NCBI GenBank assembly: GCA_024679065.1
Contig: JAGIQG010000043.1
Coordinates: forward strand, 1,612,001 to 1,676,000
Length of the DNA stretch: 64,000 bases
Source of the DNA: Sphyrna mokarran
Taxonomy: Eukaryota
Direction: 5' to 3'
Shown here one piece after another: positions 1-13,269 of this stretch (its first letter is position 1; every line of letters begins with the position of its first letter). Under the pieces are notes generated by a model, which saw only the letters and a program-made list of their open reading frames with translations, ran no database searches and was not told the DNA's origin. Both the position numbers and the translations under genes were made by a program.

Positions 1-120
1 ACATTGTTAGCCACTTTATCACTTGAATAGCAGGTTAGATGTAAGGATTCGCAATCTAATCAGCAATCTCTGACTGTCTGTGTTGATGTGTGCTATTGCA
101 GACCAGAACACTGCATTTGC

Positions 121-150
121 CTGAGGAAGACACAGTGTCGAAAGCTCGCA
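121..150 (+). ncRNA. Minimal hammerhead ribozyme motif in a Penelope pLTR remnant
   Basis: CTGAGGA-A-GACAC-A-GTGTC-GAAA-GCTC. Confidence 0.5.
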
Positions 151-204
151 ATTTTACTACCAAATAAATCGGTTGGATTAAAAATTGGAGTTGCTAAATT
201 CTTA

Positions 205-1650
205 CTCGGGAGGAGGAGACAGAGGGTAGTAGTGGAAGGCTCTTTTTCCGGCTGGAAGCCTGTCACTAGTGGAGTGCCACAAGACTCAGTTCTAGGTCCT
301 CTTCTATTTGTGGTCTACATAAACGACTTGGAAGTCGGGGTAGGTGGTGAGATCAGCAAATTTCCTGGTGACACCAAGATGCTTGGATTGGCGGGTACAG
401 AGGAGCAGTGCCAGGCAATACAACAGGACATAGATAGGTTGATAGACTGGGCAGATAGATGGCAAATGGAATTTAATCCAGATAAATGCGAGGTGATGCA
501 TTTTGGCCGGAAAAATGTAGAGGAGAGTTACAGGATAAAAGGTAAAACTATACGTAGCATAGAGACGGAGAGAGACTTGGGGGTGCAGGTTCACAAGTCT
601 CTGAAGGTGTCCTCACAGGTGGAGAAGGTGATAAAGAAGGCGTATAGTATGTTAGTTTTCATAGAAAAGGGCATAGAATACAAGAGTAGGAGTTTGATGT
701 TGCAGTTGTGTAGAACGTTGGTTAGGCCTCACTTGGAATACTGCGTCCAGTTCTGGTCGCCGTACTATCGGAAGGGATGTGGAGTCCTTGGAGAGAGTGC
801 AGAGGAGGCTTACCAGGATGCTGCCTGGTATGAAAGGACTTTCTTATGAGGAACGATTAAATAGACTGGGGTTGTTTTCCCTTGAAAGACGTCGGCTTAG
901 AGAGGATCTCATAGAAGTGTATAAGATTATAAGGGGTATAGATAGAGTAAATGGAGGTAAACTTTTTCCACTTTCAGAAATGGATAGGACGAGGGGTCAT
1001 GGCCTTAGGGTGAGGGGGGCTATGTATAAGACGAATATTAGAGGGCAGTTTTTCACACAAAGGGTAGTGGGGGTGTGGAATGCACTGCCGAGTAAGGTCG
1101 TGGGAGCAGGCACGCTAGGGCTGTTTAAGGGTCTTTTGGACAGCCACATGAGCGGTATGCAGATAGAGGGATATAGTAGGACTGTTTAACTACGGCTTTT
1201 TTTCCACAGGTAATTCGGTCCATACTTGACCAACAATGAGCATGCATTCGGCAGGTGGTGCGAGGACAGCTCTTGGATGTTGATTCATGGGTTGCCTGGT
1301 ACTTCATGTCGTAAATGAGTGCTTTATGTGGACCATCTGAAGGGCACCATGACAGCTCAGAGACTATCGATGTGGCTGTGCAGACACTTGGAATTGGGCC
1401 GGTGTCTGCGGGAGTTTGCGCGTTCTCCCCGTGGTTGCGTGGGTTTTCTCCGGGCGCTCCGGTTTCCTCCCACAACCCAAAAATTCGCTCTTAGGCTGAT
1501 TGGGAAACAAATTGTCCCTATAGTGAGAGTCTTCCATGTTCAGAATAACCTAATTTTATATTATGATAATGGAATTGCTACTATATGTTTATGACGGCGG
1601 CACGGGCTCGTTGGGCCAAAGGGCCTGTTTCCCGTGCTGTGTTGCTCTTA
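205..1650 (+). mobile_element. 5'-truncated CR1-clade LINE (RT 3' part, long 3'UTR with V-SINE core)
   Basis: [38 protein letters not shown] and FFTQRVV motifs, frameshifted. Confidence 0.9.
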
Positions 1651-1666
1651 ATAAAAAAACTCCTAC

Positions 1667-1830
1667 TGAGTTGGGGTTTTTCAGTTTAGGTGGAAACTAT
1701 GACGAATTGAGCAATGGAAAGTACGACACCATTGTGGGCCGTGTTGGGGCGAACACAACATTTGTTTGACATACCTCAGTGTTTGAGCGCTACAGCACCC
1801 AAATATAATCAACATGTTTTTTTTTCCGAT
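1667..1830 (-). promoter_or_regulatory. Diverged paralog of the gene B promoter core
   Basis: GGTGGAAACTATGAC..TGGAAA.TA.GACAC..TTGTGG...TGACATACCTCA aligns by eye to 37228-37390, and both are followed by the same SINE family. Confidence 0.55.
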
Positions 1831-1919
1831 TGTAAGACAGGGTACTATGGGATGGATATACGCTGAATGCTCTGATTAAACCTATGAAAAAGTATAAATC
1901 CCTGTGCATTTAACAATTT

Positions 1920-2280
1920 GTGGGGCATGTGCATCATTGCACGGCCGACATTGAATGCCTATCCAAGAATGTACTTGGAGGGCATTTCAAACTCAAACAC
2001 GTTGCTGTCGCTCTAAAGTCACCTGTAGGCCAGACCAGTTAAGGATTTATAAATGAAGATTTCCTTCCCAGTGGGACATAAGTGAAGCAGACGGATTATT
2101 TCCTGACAACGAACAATAGTTTCATGGTCATCAGTGGATCCTTAATTCCAGATTTTTTTTTTCATATATAGTAAATTGAAATTCTTCCACCTGCATTGAT
2201 GGGATTCGAACCCGTGTCCCAGAGTATTACCTGAGTTTCTTGGTTAATAGTTATCTATTACACCAATAGGCCACCACATC
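1920..2280 (-). mobile_element. Degenerate tRNA-derived SINE (second shark SINE family)
   Basis: GGATTCGAACCC box and GATTTCCTTCCC core shared with copies at ~19150, 37430, 37920, 50820 and 52565. Confidence 0.6.
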
Positions 2281-2509
2281 CCCAGAATCAGAAAACCGAT
2301 CAGAAGGTGCTGCTGATCAAATTTTTAAGACATCAATTCTGCTACCCTTGGCCTCGCGTTCTTGAGGAAAATGTATGTTTTCCATTCGTGTTATTTCCGA
2401 CATCTCAGACCTTTAATCATTCTCAGAAATCTTGTTTGTGCCGATTCCAGTGTCCCAATTTCATCTATGTGACATGGACCAGTGTAAAACTTTTCTAACT
2501 GTTTTTTCT

Positions 2510-4003
2510 AGATGTTTTTTTCTAGATGGAAGTCGGTCACTAGTGGTGTGCTGCAGGACTCGGTACTGGGACCTGTTCTATTTGTAATATTTATAAGTGA
2601 CTTGGAAGAGGGAGGAGATGGAGTGATCAGCAAGTTTGCAGATGATACAAAGAAGGCTAGGCTTTCGGATAGTGAGGAGCATTGTCAGGCGATGCAGCAG
2701 GACATGGATAGGATGGTAGCTTGGGCAGATTGATGGCAGATGGAATTCAATTTGATAAATGCGAGGTGATGCATTTCGGGAGAAAGAATGTAGGGAGGAG
2801 GTATGTGATAAAGGGTTGACCTATTAAGCGTATAGAGCCGCACGGGGTCCTGGAGGTGCAGATGCACAAGTCTCTGAAGGTGGCAGAGCAGGTGGAGCAG
2901 GTTGTGAAAAAGCATATGGAATGCTAGCCTTTATAGAAAGGGATATAGAATACAAGAGCTGGCCTTTAATGTTGCAGTTGTATAAAACGTTAGTTAGACC
3001 TCATTTGGAATACTGTGTCCAGTTCTACTCGCCTTACTACCGGAAGGACGTGGATTCTCTGGAGAGAGTGCAGAGAACGTTTAATAGGATGCTACCTGGT
3101 ATGGAAGGTCTGAGTTACGAGGAGAGGTTAGGCAAATTGGTGCTCTTTTCCTTAGAAAGACGTAGACTTAGAGGAGATCTAACAGAGGTGTACAAGATTA
3201 TGAGGGGTATAGACATAGTAAACAGGGTTAAACTTTTTTCCTAGGATGCACTCAAATAGCACGAGGATCACGGGCTTAGGGTGAGCGGGCGGGGGGGGTG
3301 GAGGGTAAGGTATAATTTGGATGCTAGAGGGAATGCTTTCACACAGAGGGTGGTGGGGGTATGGAATGCGCTGCCAAGTAAAGTGGTGGAGGCAGGCACC
3401 CTGGAGTTACTTAAGAGATATTTAGATGGCACATGAATAAAATGGGAATTGAGGAGAATAGAAAACTGAGTTAAAGTAGGGATCATGAGCATTGGGAGTC
3501 CCTGGGAAGTGTGTAAATAGATGATGATATTGATGTAGTTGTGTTTATCTTACAGGTGCTTTGGTCAACTTTGTTGTCTAACAAGGGGCATACACGTGAT
3601 GGGTCGTGAGAGGGCTGCTCTTGGATTTTTCGAGAGTATCCTAGTGCTTCACATCGTTAGTGTACGCTTGACCTGGACTATTTAATGGGCAATACGACAG
3701 CTCAGTGACTATTGCGGTTCTGTGCATGAATTTCGGCCTGTGCCTGTGGGAGTTTGCACATTCTTCCCGTGCTTGCGTGGGTATTCTCCGAGTGCTCCAG
3801 TTTCCTCCCGCATCCCAAAGATGTGCTCTTAGGCTGATTGGCAGAAAATAATCTCCCTAAATTGTCTCAAATTTAGTTCCAATGCATAGATCTGTAAAAA
3901 TGGGCAGTGATCACAGGTAGAAGTGGGAACATCGAAGTGGCGGTGCGGGCTCGTTGGGCCGAAGGGCCTGTTTCCCGTGCTGTTTTGTTCTTCTTTGTTC
4001 TTT
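2510..4003 (+). mobile_element. 5'-truncated CR1 LINE with V-SINE-containing 3'UTR
   Basis: SKFADDTK and [12 protein letters not shown] motifs; tail CTTTGTTCTTTG. Confidence 0.9.
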
Positions 4004-6289
4004 GTAAATGTGCACAGTTAGTCCAAATTTGAATGAAGGTCTTTAGTACGAAAAAACCTTCTGAATAAATTTCCAACTATGCTCCCCTCTACTTGCTTTT
4101 GTATTTTCCCAGTGAATTACCCAAGCAAGTTTATCAAAAAGGATTGTGCGTCAAAGTAATTCACAGTGGAAACACCAACAGGTTGGCCTGGTGGCACAAG
4201 GCAGTTGTGACCTGAGTCCAATTCCTGTGAGCAAACTCCACACCAGTAGTCACAAAAGCCAGGAATCGACATCATGTCTCTGGTGCTGTGAGGCAACAGC
4301 GATAATGACTGTGTCGCCATAAAGGGTCACCGTGCAGAGCAAGCATGTCCCCCGGCCCCCGACTCCCGTGTCTGATTTCCTCTGAGTGCTCTTGTTTCCT
4401 CAGACAGTCTATTTGATATGCTGATTATGTGCATTGGTCATGTTTAATTCTCCTGTGTATCCGAACACGCTCTGGAGTGTGACGACTTGGGATTTTCGCA
4501 GTAACTTCACTACAGTGTTAATGTAACCCTATTTGTGACACAAATATTGAAAAAAAAATGAAATGCTTACTTATTATCTCTTCGATTTGTAAAATTGCAT
4601 GATCTTCACCTGACAAAGCTTTATAAAATCACAGGGCATTCATAAGGTGAATAGACAGGGCCTTTTACCCAGGGTAGAGGGGACCAAAATTAGAGGGAAA
4701 ACTTGAAGGTGAGAGAGTGACCATTTAAAAGAGTCCTGAAGGATCTGCGGACATGGAATAACCGGTAAGATGAGGTTGGAGACGCGGGCAAATTATTACA
4801 TCGATTGCGACGGGTACATGGGTCGGAAATGTTTAGAGGGATTGGGGCCAAACGCAGGCAGATGTCATTAGCTCGACAAGGAGAGATTGGGCCGAAGGTT
4901 CTATTTCTGTGCTGTATGTCTCTATCTAATTGTGTTCTAGCCTGTTCGATGTTTACGCTAATTTGCCCCAGGTTGTCGACATACCGCAAACTGCTAATTA
5001 ACACAAAGACCCAATGTTTGATCACTGTTTTGTACCTGAAGTGCTTCAACTCTGCACATAGGAAAGCCACTTAAAGGTTTTGCTCGAACATTATTTTCCA
5101 TCTCAAGCATGAGGTGTTAACGTGTTCACAACATCTCCGCCCATCAGTGCGTTTTGCATTGCCCCGAATAGGCTATAGGGAAGGCTGTTTTGAGACTCAC
5201 ATCAATCAGCTGCGGTCACAGAACCTCTTTGCTGCCGATGCCGGGAGCTCTGCTGCTGTCCCTGCTCACTCACTTCTTCACCAATTAACATCAAGAATTT
5301 TTGACACATAGTTCAGACACTCAGTAAGCCTCAACACTCTGGGTTAATTTCAGAAACCACTTTATTAATAATCCCTTCCATCAGGCTCTTCGCATTCAGA
5401 TTAATGTGCCTCATTAATGTAGGGGGGTTAATCCCATTGCCAGCAGCTCACTGGGATCGCACTGTGTAACATCTACACACATGGTAGCATTTCAAGAATA
5501 ATGCTTTTTCCTGGAAATGTGTGGAAGAAGCAGAGACGATAAGAAAACATGGACATTGGCCTCCTGGTCACACGCCATACAGACAATATTGTTGTATTTA
5601 GCACTGCTGCAGGGAGCTGGGGTCGATATCTGAATTGGGACACTGTTTGTGCACATTCTCCCCGTGTTTGCGTGGGTTTCCTTCCACAGTCCGAAAGATG
5701 TGTTGGTTTGGCCTTGCTAAATTAACCCTAAGTGCACCCCAACAGGTGATAGAGTTTGGCGACGAGGGGAATTCGAGACAGGTCGTTAAAATTTATGTAT
5801 AATGTCACGTCAACAATGCAATGAAGTCGCTGTGAAAATTCCCTGGTCGCCACACTCCGGCGCCTGGCGGGGCTACTGAGGGAAAATGCACCCAACCAAC
5901 ACGACTGTGGGAGAAAATCGCATCACCTGAGGGAAGCTCATGCAGACACATGGAGCACATGCAGAATCTGCATAGTCACCCAATGCCAGAATTAAACTCG
6001 TGTCTCTGGCGCTGTGAAGCAGCAGTGCAAAACATTACGCCACCGTGCCCCCATGATTTATAGCCATCGCTTTAAAATATTAAGTATTGTTTCTTGTTTC
6101 ATATAATCGTGTGGACAGACCTGGCAGTGACAAGCAACATTTTTTAAAGCTTACTGAAAGTCTCAATTATTTCACGGACCATCCTAAAACGAGTTTGTTC
6201 CCCAAAGCATTCAGATGGGACTGATCTTTCAACAATTTCCACATGCACTTCTAATTTCCTCTGAGCGTGGTGAACATTCCAGCCTCAGG

Positions 6290-7010
6290 AATTGTTAAAG
6301 TGCAGTGACCAAAAGCTAAGTATCATCGAATTGAGGAAGTGTAGAGGAGATCATGCCCCTGTCTGAGGAAATGGAAATGGTCGTGAGCTTCAGGTTTCTC
6401 AGTGTCCAGATCACCCACAGCCTGTTCTGAAAGATCCACTTCGATGGGTAGTTAAGGAAATCCAAGCAACTCCTTTACCTTCTCAGGACGCTAATGAAAT
6501 TCGGCATTTCCGCTATTGGCTCTTACCAATTTTCACAAATGCCTTATGGAAGGCATCCTTTCCGGATGTACCACAACTTGGTATGGTTGCTGCTCCGTCC
6601 AAGATTGGAAGAAACGAGAAAGGATGGTGAACGTAGCGCAGACCATACGCAAATCAGCCTCCATCCATTGACTCGGCTACACTTCCTGCTACTTGGAATA
6701 GCAGCCAGCATAATCAGAAATCCCATGCATCCCGGACATACTCTCTTTCATTTTCGTCAATGGCAAAATAAATGACTAAATCTGAGATCACCTATCAACC
6801 AAATCAAGATCAGCTTCTTCCCTGCTGCCATCAGACTTTGGACTGGTTCAATTTTCTATCAAGCTGATCTTCCCGTGGAGGTGATTAAGAAGTACCACTA
6901 TTTCCCTTGTCCCTTATTTATTCTATGAACGTATGGATTGCCTGTATGACACGCAAGAAACAATATTTTTTTTAAGGTGTCCCAAAATACATGACAATTA
7001 TAAATTAAAA
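6290..7010 (+). mobile_element. Degenerate Rex1/Babar-type LINE 3' fragment
   Basis: Similar to the 62520-63330 segment (YFLRRLRKFG-like, ILSGCITAWYG-like, HPGHTLF). Confidence 0.65.
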
Positions 7011-7639
7011 CCCATCATATCTACGTACTCTATGAACATAATGTTTTTCTGCTTCGCGCACAGGAAAGAAAAAAAAATACTTTGCACTCTATCCCAGTAT
7101 ATGAGATAATAATAATTCAAATCGGATCAAGTCAAATTCTACCCATAGTTGAAGTAAGTGTTTGGATGAATGAACTGAGTACACGAGGATTAATGTACCA
7201 ATCATAAACGTAAAAGACGAGTCTTCACAGTCCAATTGCAATATCTGAGAGAGTTCAGAAGAATAAGGGGCAATCTTAAAAAGGCTTATAAAATGCTAAA
7301 GCGACTGGACTGGGTCGATGCAGGGAGGATGTTCAAAGGACAAATAGTAGTGTTGCCGAGACAACACGCTGTTTTTGAATTTGGCTCGAACACTTTAAGA
7401 AAGACACATAGAATATAGGAGGACGAGGAGGCTACTTGACCCTTCCAAACTGTCCTGATATTCGTATCTATCTTGGCTGATCTCCCAACTCAATAGCCAA
7501 AAGCTGTTTTTTCCCCATAACATTTCATCCTATTTGCCCCAGGTGTTACACTTCGCCACTTCTTGAATGCATTCAATGTTTTGTTATCAACTACTTCCTG
7601 TGGCTGAGTTCAGAAGGCTGAGGGGTGTTCTTATAGAGA

Positions 7640-9222
7640 CATGAAGAGGTGACAAAAACGGTTGATGAAGGACAAGTCGTTGATGTCGTCTACATGGATT
7701 TCAGTAAGGCGTTTGACAAGGTTCCCCATGGTAGGCTGATAAAAAAGGTGGAGGCGCATGGGATACAGGGCCAGGTATGTAGATGGGTTGAGAACTAACT
7801 GGCTTGGGAGGAGGAGACAGCGGGTAGTAAAGGAAGGCTCTTTTTCCAACTGGAGGTCAGTCACTAGTGGTGTACCACAGGGCTCAGTAGTAGGACCTCT
7901 TCTATTTGTGATTTATATAATTGACTTGGAAGAGGGGGTAGGTGGTGTGATCAGCAAATTTGCTGATGACACTAAGATGCTTGGATTGGCGGGGACTGAG
8001 GAGCAGTGCCAGGCAATACAACAGGACATAGATAGGCTGGTAGATTGGGCAGATAGATGGCAAATGGAATTTAATCCGGATAAATGCGAGGTGATGCATT
8101 TTGGCCGGAATAATGTAGAGGGGAGTTATAGGATAAAAGGTAAAACTATCCGGAGTATAGAGACGCAGAGAGACCTGGGGGTGCAGGTTCACAAGTCTCT
8201 GAATGTGTCAGTACAGGTGGAGAAAGTGATAAAGAAAGCGTATGGTATGCTCGCCTTCATAGGAAGGGGTATAGAATACAAGAGCAGGAGTCTGATGTTG
8301 CAAGTGTATAGAACGATGGTTAGGCCTCACTTGGAGTACTGCATTCAGTTCTGGTCGCCGTACTACCGGAAAGATGTGGAGGCCCTGGAGAGAGTGCAGA
8401 GGAGATTTACCAGGATGCTGCCTGGTATGGAAGGGCTGTCTTACGAGGAAAGATTGAACGCACTGGGGTTGTTTTCCCTTGAAAGACGTCGGCTGAGAGG
8501 GGATCTTTTAGAGGTATATAAGATTATGAGGGGTATAGATAGAGTAAATGGTGGTAAGCTTTTTCCACCATTAGAATCGTATAGAACGAGGGGACACGGC
8601 CTTAGGGTGAGGGGGGCTATGTATAAGACGAATATTAGAGGGCATTTTTTTCACACAAAGGGTAGTGGGTGTGTGGAATGCACTACCGAGTAAGGTGAAG
8701 GGAGCAGGCACGCTAGGGTTGTTTACGGGTCTCTTGGACAGCCACATGAGCGGTCTGGCAGATAGAGGAATATAGCAGGACTGTTTAAATACTTTGTTTG
8801 TTTCCACAGGCTATTCGGTCCACCTTGTTGACGAACAAGGTGCATGCTTTTAGCAGGTCGTGCGAGGTCTGCTCCTGGATGTTACTTCAGGAGTGGCCTA
8901 GTGCTTCATGTCGTTAGTGTATGCTTAAACTGGACCATCAGATGGGCAAAATGACAGCTCGGAGACTATCGCTGTTGCTGTGCAGACACATAGATTTGGG
9001 CCTGTGTCTGCGGGAGTTTGCGCGTTCTCCCTGTGGTTGCGTGGGATTTCTCCGGGTGCTCCGATTTCCTCCCACATCCCAAAAATGTGCTCTTAGGCTG
9101 ATTGGGTAACAAATTGTCCCTATATTGGTCTCTATATTTCATTAAGACGTTAGGATGTCAGCGCGGGCTCGTTGGGCCGAAGGGCCTGTTTCCCGTGCTG
9201 TGTTGTTCTTTGTTCTTTGTTC
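7640..9222 (+). mobile_element. 5'-truncated CR1 LINE (RT, 311-aa ORF 7758-8693) with V-SINE-containing 3'UTR
   Basis: [26 protein letters not shown] motifs; same subfamily as 205-1650. Confidence 0.92.
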
Positions 9223-9617
9223 TTTATATAAGATAATGAAGAGGCTAGATAGGGCTGAGGTACAGAGATTATTTCCATTTAGAAAGGAAACCAGAACTAG
9301 AAAGCATAACCTCCAAATAAAGGGTGGGGGAAGGAAGGAGGAGAGGTTGAGTTTCGAACAGAGTTGAGAAGCAACTTCTCTCACAGGGTAGTGAATTTCT
9401 GGAATTGTTTGCCCATTGAAGTGGTGGAGGCTACCTCGTTGAATATGTTTACGTCACGGGTAGATAGATTTCTGATCGATAAGGGAATTAATGATTATGG
9501 GGAGCAGGCGGTTACGTGGAGCTGATCCACTTCAGAACAGCCATGATCTTATTGAATGGCGGGGCAGACTCGAGGAGCTAGATGGTCTACTCGTGTTCCT
9601 ATTTCTTATGTTCTTAT
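9222..9617 (+). mobile_element. CR1 3' end of a different subfamily (TTCTTATG tail)
   Basis: YKIMKRLDR..LFP..TR.H motif; same family on the - strand at 35440-35880. Confidence 0.75.
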
Positions 9618-9699
9618 GAAAAGAAACCCCATAGGTTCACCATTTTGGGTGAAGAAATGTCTCCTCACCTCTCCCCCTTATGCTGTATCCGGAATCACA

Positions 9700-10122
9700 A
9701 AAGGAAGTCTGACAACACTAAGTTTAAGTACATCTGATTTATTTGATAGTAAACTCACAAGCTTTCGAGGTTATCCTCTTCGTCAGGTGAATGCGGTGTT
9801 CTGGTCTCAAACAGCACATATAACTGCACAGACTGTTTACAGTTTAATGATTAGAATGCGAATCTTTACACCTTACCTCCCATTCAAGTCTTAAAGTGGT
9901 CAACAGTGTGAGCACAGGATAAAAAGATGCGTATTGTCTCCAGACAGCACAGTAAGTGAGGTTTTGCAAACTCAGGCAAGTCATGGGGATTAGAGATAGT
10001 GTGACATGAACCTAAGATCCCTGTTGAGACCGTCCTCATGAGTGCTGAACTTGGCTATAGTCTCTGCTCAGTGTCTCTGCGCTTTCGAGTGTCACAAAGG
10101 CCACGTTGGAGAATGCTTACGC
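9700..10122 (-). mobile_element. Penelope-like element remnant (GIY-YIG endonuclease C-terminus plus pLTR)
   Basis: The - strand reads VSILQRGLCDTRKRRDTEQRL..KFSTHEDGLNRDLRFMSHYL*, followed by a pLTR with a hammerhead-like core. Confidence 0.75.
9756..9789 (-). ncRNA. Minimal hammerhead ribozyme motif in a Penelope pLTR
   Basis: CACCTGACGA-A-GAGG-ATAA-CCTC-GAAA-GCTT-GTG: CUGANGA and GAAA boxes with a perfect stem II. Confidence 0.6.
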
Positions 10123-10721
10123 GAAGCTACCTTGTACCTGGGGTGAACACAGTCAGACTTGTATTTATTACAGTCCAACGCCAGTATCTGTATATCATCA
10201 CTATCCGGAATCCTCAGATTGTTGACACCTGGCTCTGGACTCCCTCGCCATCGGGAACATGCTCCCTGCATCCACCCAATTCAGTCACGTTAGAATTTTA
10301 TAAGTCATTATGGGATTGTCCCTTATTCTTCTGAACTCCATTCCTTAATTCCACTTTCAAAGCACACGCATTCACTTCAAATGTGTTTTTGTTAATTTGC
10401 TGAAGAAACACCGGAAGCACATTTAGTCTGAACCCTGAAAGAAACTGGAATCACACAACTTAACTGATATTGAAATCTTGTTTTAATGTCTTTTTTTCGG
10501 CTTTCTTCATACATTGTGTAAAATGCAGCGTGGAATTGTAAACACCGACATTGGAAATTAGAAAGACTCATGTTGCACTGCAAGCAATATTTAATTGTAG
10601 AATTCTGGGTATGAGGGGAGAATGGTGGGGCACCACTGCACAAATTGAGGAGGAAATCTGCCTGTGGTTGAAAGTTCAAATCTGCGTGTGCAATAACAGC
10701 CAAAGTTCCGACGCACCAGGT

Positions 10722-11372
10722 AGAACATAGGACATAGAACATTACAGCACAGAACAGGCCCTTCGGCCTTCGATGTTGCGCCGACCAATATAAAAAGCAA
10801 TGCAATTCAAAACTAAACCATTCCCTTCTCTTCCATATATCTATCAACTAACCTCTTAAACGCCACCAAACTTGGCGCATCTACAACTGCTGCAGGCAGG
10901 GCATTCCACTCCCGAACCACCCTTTGGGTAAAGAACCTACCTCTGATATCCGTCCTATAACTATCACCCCTTAATTTAAAGCTGTGTCCCCTCGTGCTAG
11001 CTTTCTCCATCCTAGGAAAAAGGCTATCACTGTCCACCCTATCTAAACCTCTAATCTTCTTATATGTTTCAATAAGGTCTCCTCTTAGCCGCCTCCTTTC
11101 TAACGAAAACAACCTCAAATCCCTCAGCCTCTCTTCATAAGACCTGCCCTCCATACCAGGCAACATCCTGGTAAACCTCCTCTGTACCCTCTCCAATGCC
11201 TCCACATCTTTCTTATAATGCGGGGACCAGAACTGTACACAATACTCCAAGTGCGGCCGCACTAGAGTTTTGTACAGTTGCAACATGACGTTGCAGCTCC
11301 GAAATTCAATCCCCCTACCAATAAAAGCTAAGACTCCATATGCCTTCTTAACAACCTTCTCGACTTGACTGC
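10722..11372 (-). mobile_element. CR1/HER1-type LINE 3' end
   Basis: 157-aa [25 protein letters not shown]...; (GTTCTAT)n tail. Confidence 0.92.
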
Positions 11373-11529
11373 CTATCCAGGTATCCTATCCAGGTATCCA
11401 GGAATCACGCAGCAAGCCTTCCATCTTTCTTCTCCAGTTAAAGTGTTGGATGCTCGTTGAAGGCCAGACGAGCATAAAATGTCTATGGATGAAAAGTGAT
11501 ATGTTAGTGTGTTCAACTTTGCAATGTAT

Positions 11530-11830
11530 AGCACGGTGATTAGCCAGTGGGTAGCTTTACAGCGCCAGGCACCCGGGTGTAATTTTGGTCTTCTGTGACT
11601 ATGTGCAATTTGCAATTTCTCCCAGTGTCTGTCAGGGTTTCATCCAGGCGCTCCGGTTTCCTCCCAAATAGCAAAGTTGTGCGGGTTAAGTTGATTGCTC
11701 ATGCTAACTTGACCCGTAATGTCAGGGGATTTACAGGGGAAAGATATGGGAAGGAGCTGCTGGATTTGGTATTGGTACAGGCTCGATGGGCCAAATATCC
11801 TCTTTCTACACTCTCAGGATGTTATGATTC
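11530..11830 (+). mobile_element. HE1/V-SINE copy
   Basis: tRNA-like head, GCTCCGGTTTCCTCCC core, GATGGGCC..CTTTCT tail. Confidence 0.7.
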
Positions 11831-12029
11831 TCCGAATGTAATATGCACAATTATTATACGGATAAGTGAGGCTATTGAACGAACACAAACTTACAATCCC
11901 GATGGTGCCGAAGAGGCCATTCAGCCCGTCGAGTCAGCAATGATTGTGGCAGAGAATCTAAACGATTCCCTTCCCTCGCCTATGCTCATTTCCTCATGCT
12001 TTTCTATCATTGCTCTTCTACCTAAGTAT

Positions 12030-12670
12030 CTATAACAATTAAGGGGCAATTTAACATGACTTCTCCACCCGTTTTACACAACTTTAGACACTCTGCATTG
12101 TAGTGTGGCTATTCGATCTAATCTACATATTTCAGAGGCCAAGGGGTAAATAGCGTGGTCAATCATTCTAACCGATACATCTTTTCACACTAAGGGTCAA
12201 AGAACGTGGCTAATTTATCTAATTTACACATTTTAGGACACTATGTGGCAAGTTAGCATGTCTAATTCATCTAAATTACACATTTTTGGACCTAAGGGAA
12301 AATTTGCCATGGGCAGTCTAACTAAATTGCACATCTTTAGACACTAATGGGCAATTTAGCATGGCTAAAGCATCTAACTTCCATATCTTTGGACAGTAAG
12401 TGAAAATTGGCACGGCCAATTCACTTTGCCTGTACATTAGGCCCATTGAGTCTGCAACAACTCATCGTAAGAGAACATAACCCTATGACCCTATGTGTTT
12501 ACCCAATCTATCAACCTGGGCCCACTAAGGGCAATTTAGTACAGTCGGTTATGGGAGGAAATCAGAACACCCATTGACACAGGAAGAATGTGTGAACTCG
12601 ACATGGACGGTTAGCCAAGACCAGGTCTTTGGAGCTACGAATAAGCAGTACTAAACACTGTGTCACCGTG
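12030..12670 (-). repeat. Tandem array of ~42-bp HE1 SINE internal units plus SINE head
   Basis: About 9-10 degenerate copies of GGACACTAAGGGGCAATTTAGCATGGCCAATCCACCTAACCTGCACATCTTT. Confidence 0.7.
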
Positions 12671-13269
12671 TCGATCATGGCTGACAGATGGTTTAGCTCG
12701 CATGCAGCCATCTAATACCCGACAGGCCATCGCATTAAAATCCTTAATTCACTCAGGAGCAATAATCTATCCATCTCAGTTCTGAAAGTTCCAATGGACC
12801 ACTTCCTCCATCCAAACTTTTTGGTTGGGATTATTCCAGAATTTCACTTCTCCTTGTGTGCAGAAGTGCTTCTTGACCTCACCTCTAGATGCTTTGGCTG
12901 CCATTTTTATTGTCTGCCTCATTGTCTGGACTTCCCTGTCCTATCAATTCGTTTAATCATTTACATCATCTCAATGAAATTACTCCTAAATCTTCAATCC
13001 TGGAGATTGTACAAACATGGTCTGTGCTTTATTGCAATTAACACTATACAAATCATTATATACAATAAAAAATATGGTTTTAAAATATTTGTGAAAAAGA
13101 TTTATGCAGATTGAATTATCAAAATGACAGATGAATGCCAAATTAAAATTAACCCTGAAAATTGAGAAATAATACAGTTCAGAAGGAGTAATTTGACGGC
13201 GAGGTGCTCAATGAATGTCATGATTCTAGGAATTTCTGTGAGAAAAAAAAAACTATGGTCTGTCTGTGC

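Noticed and set aside
10655-10705. IAHADLNF on the - strand as a decayed ITIM exon of gene A
   Set aside because: No Tyr, no suitable acceptor upstream in frame, and it abuts a LINE tail.
12030-12440. CRISPR-like repeat array
   Set aside because: Eukaryotic DNA; the units are contiguous degenerate SINE-derived repeats without unique spacers.
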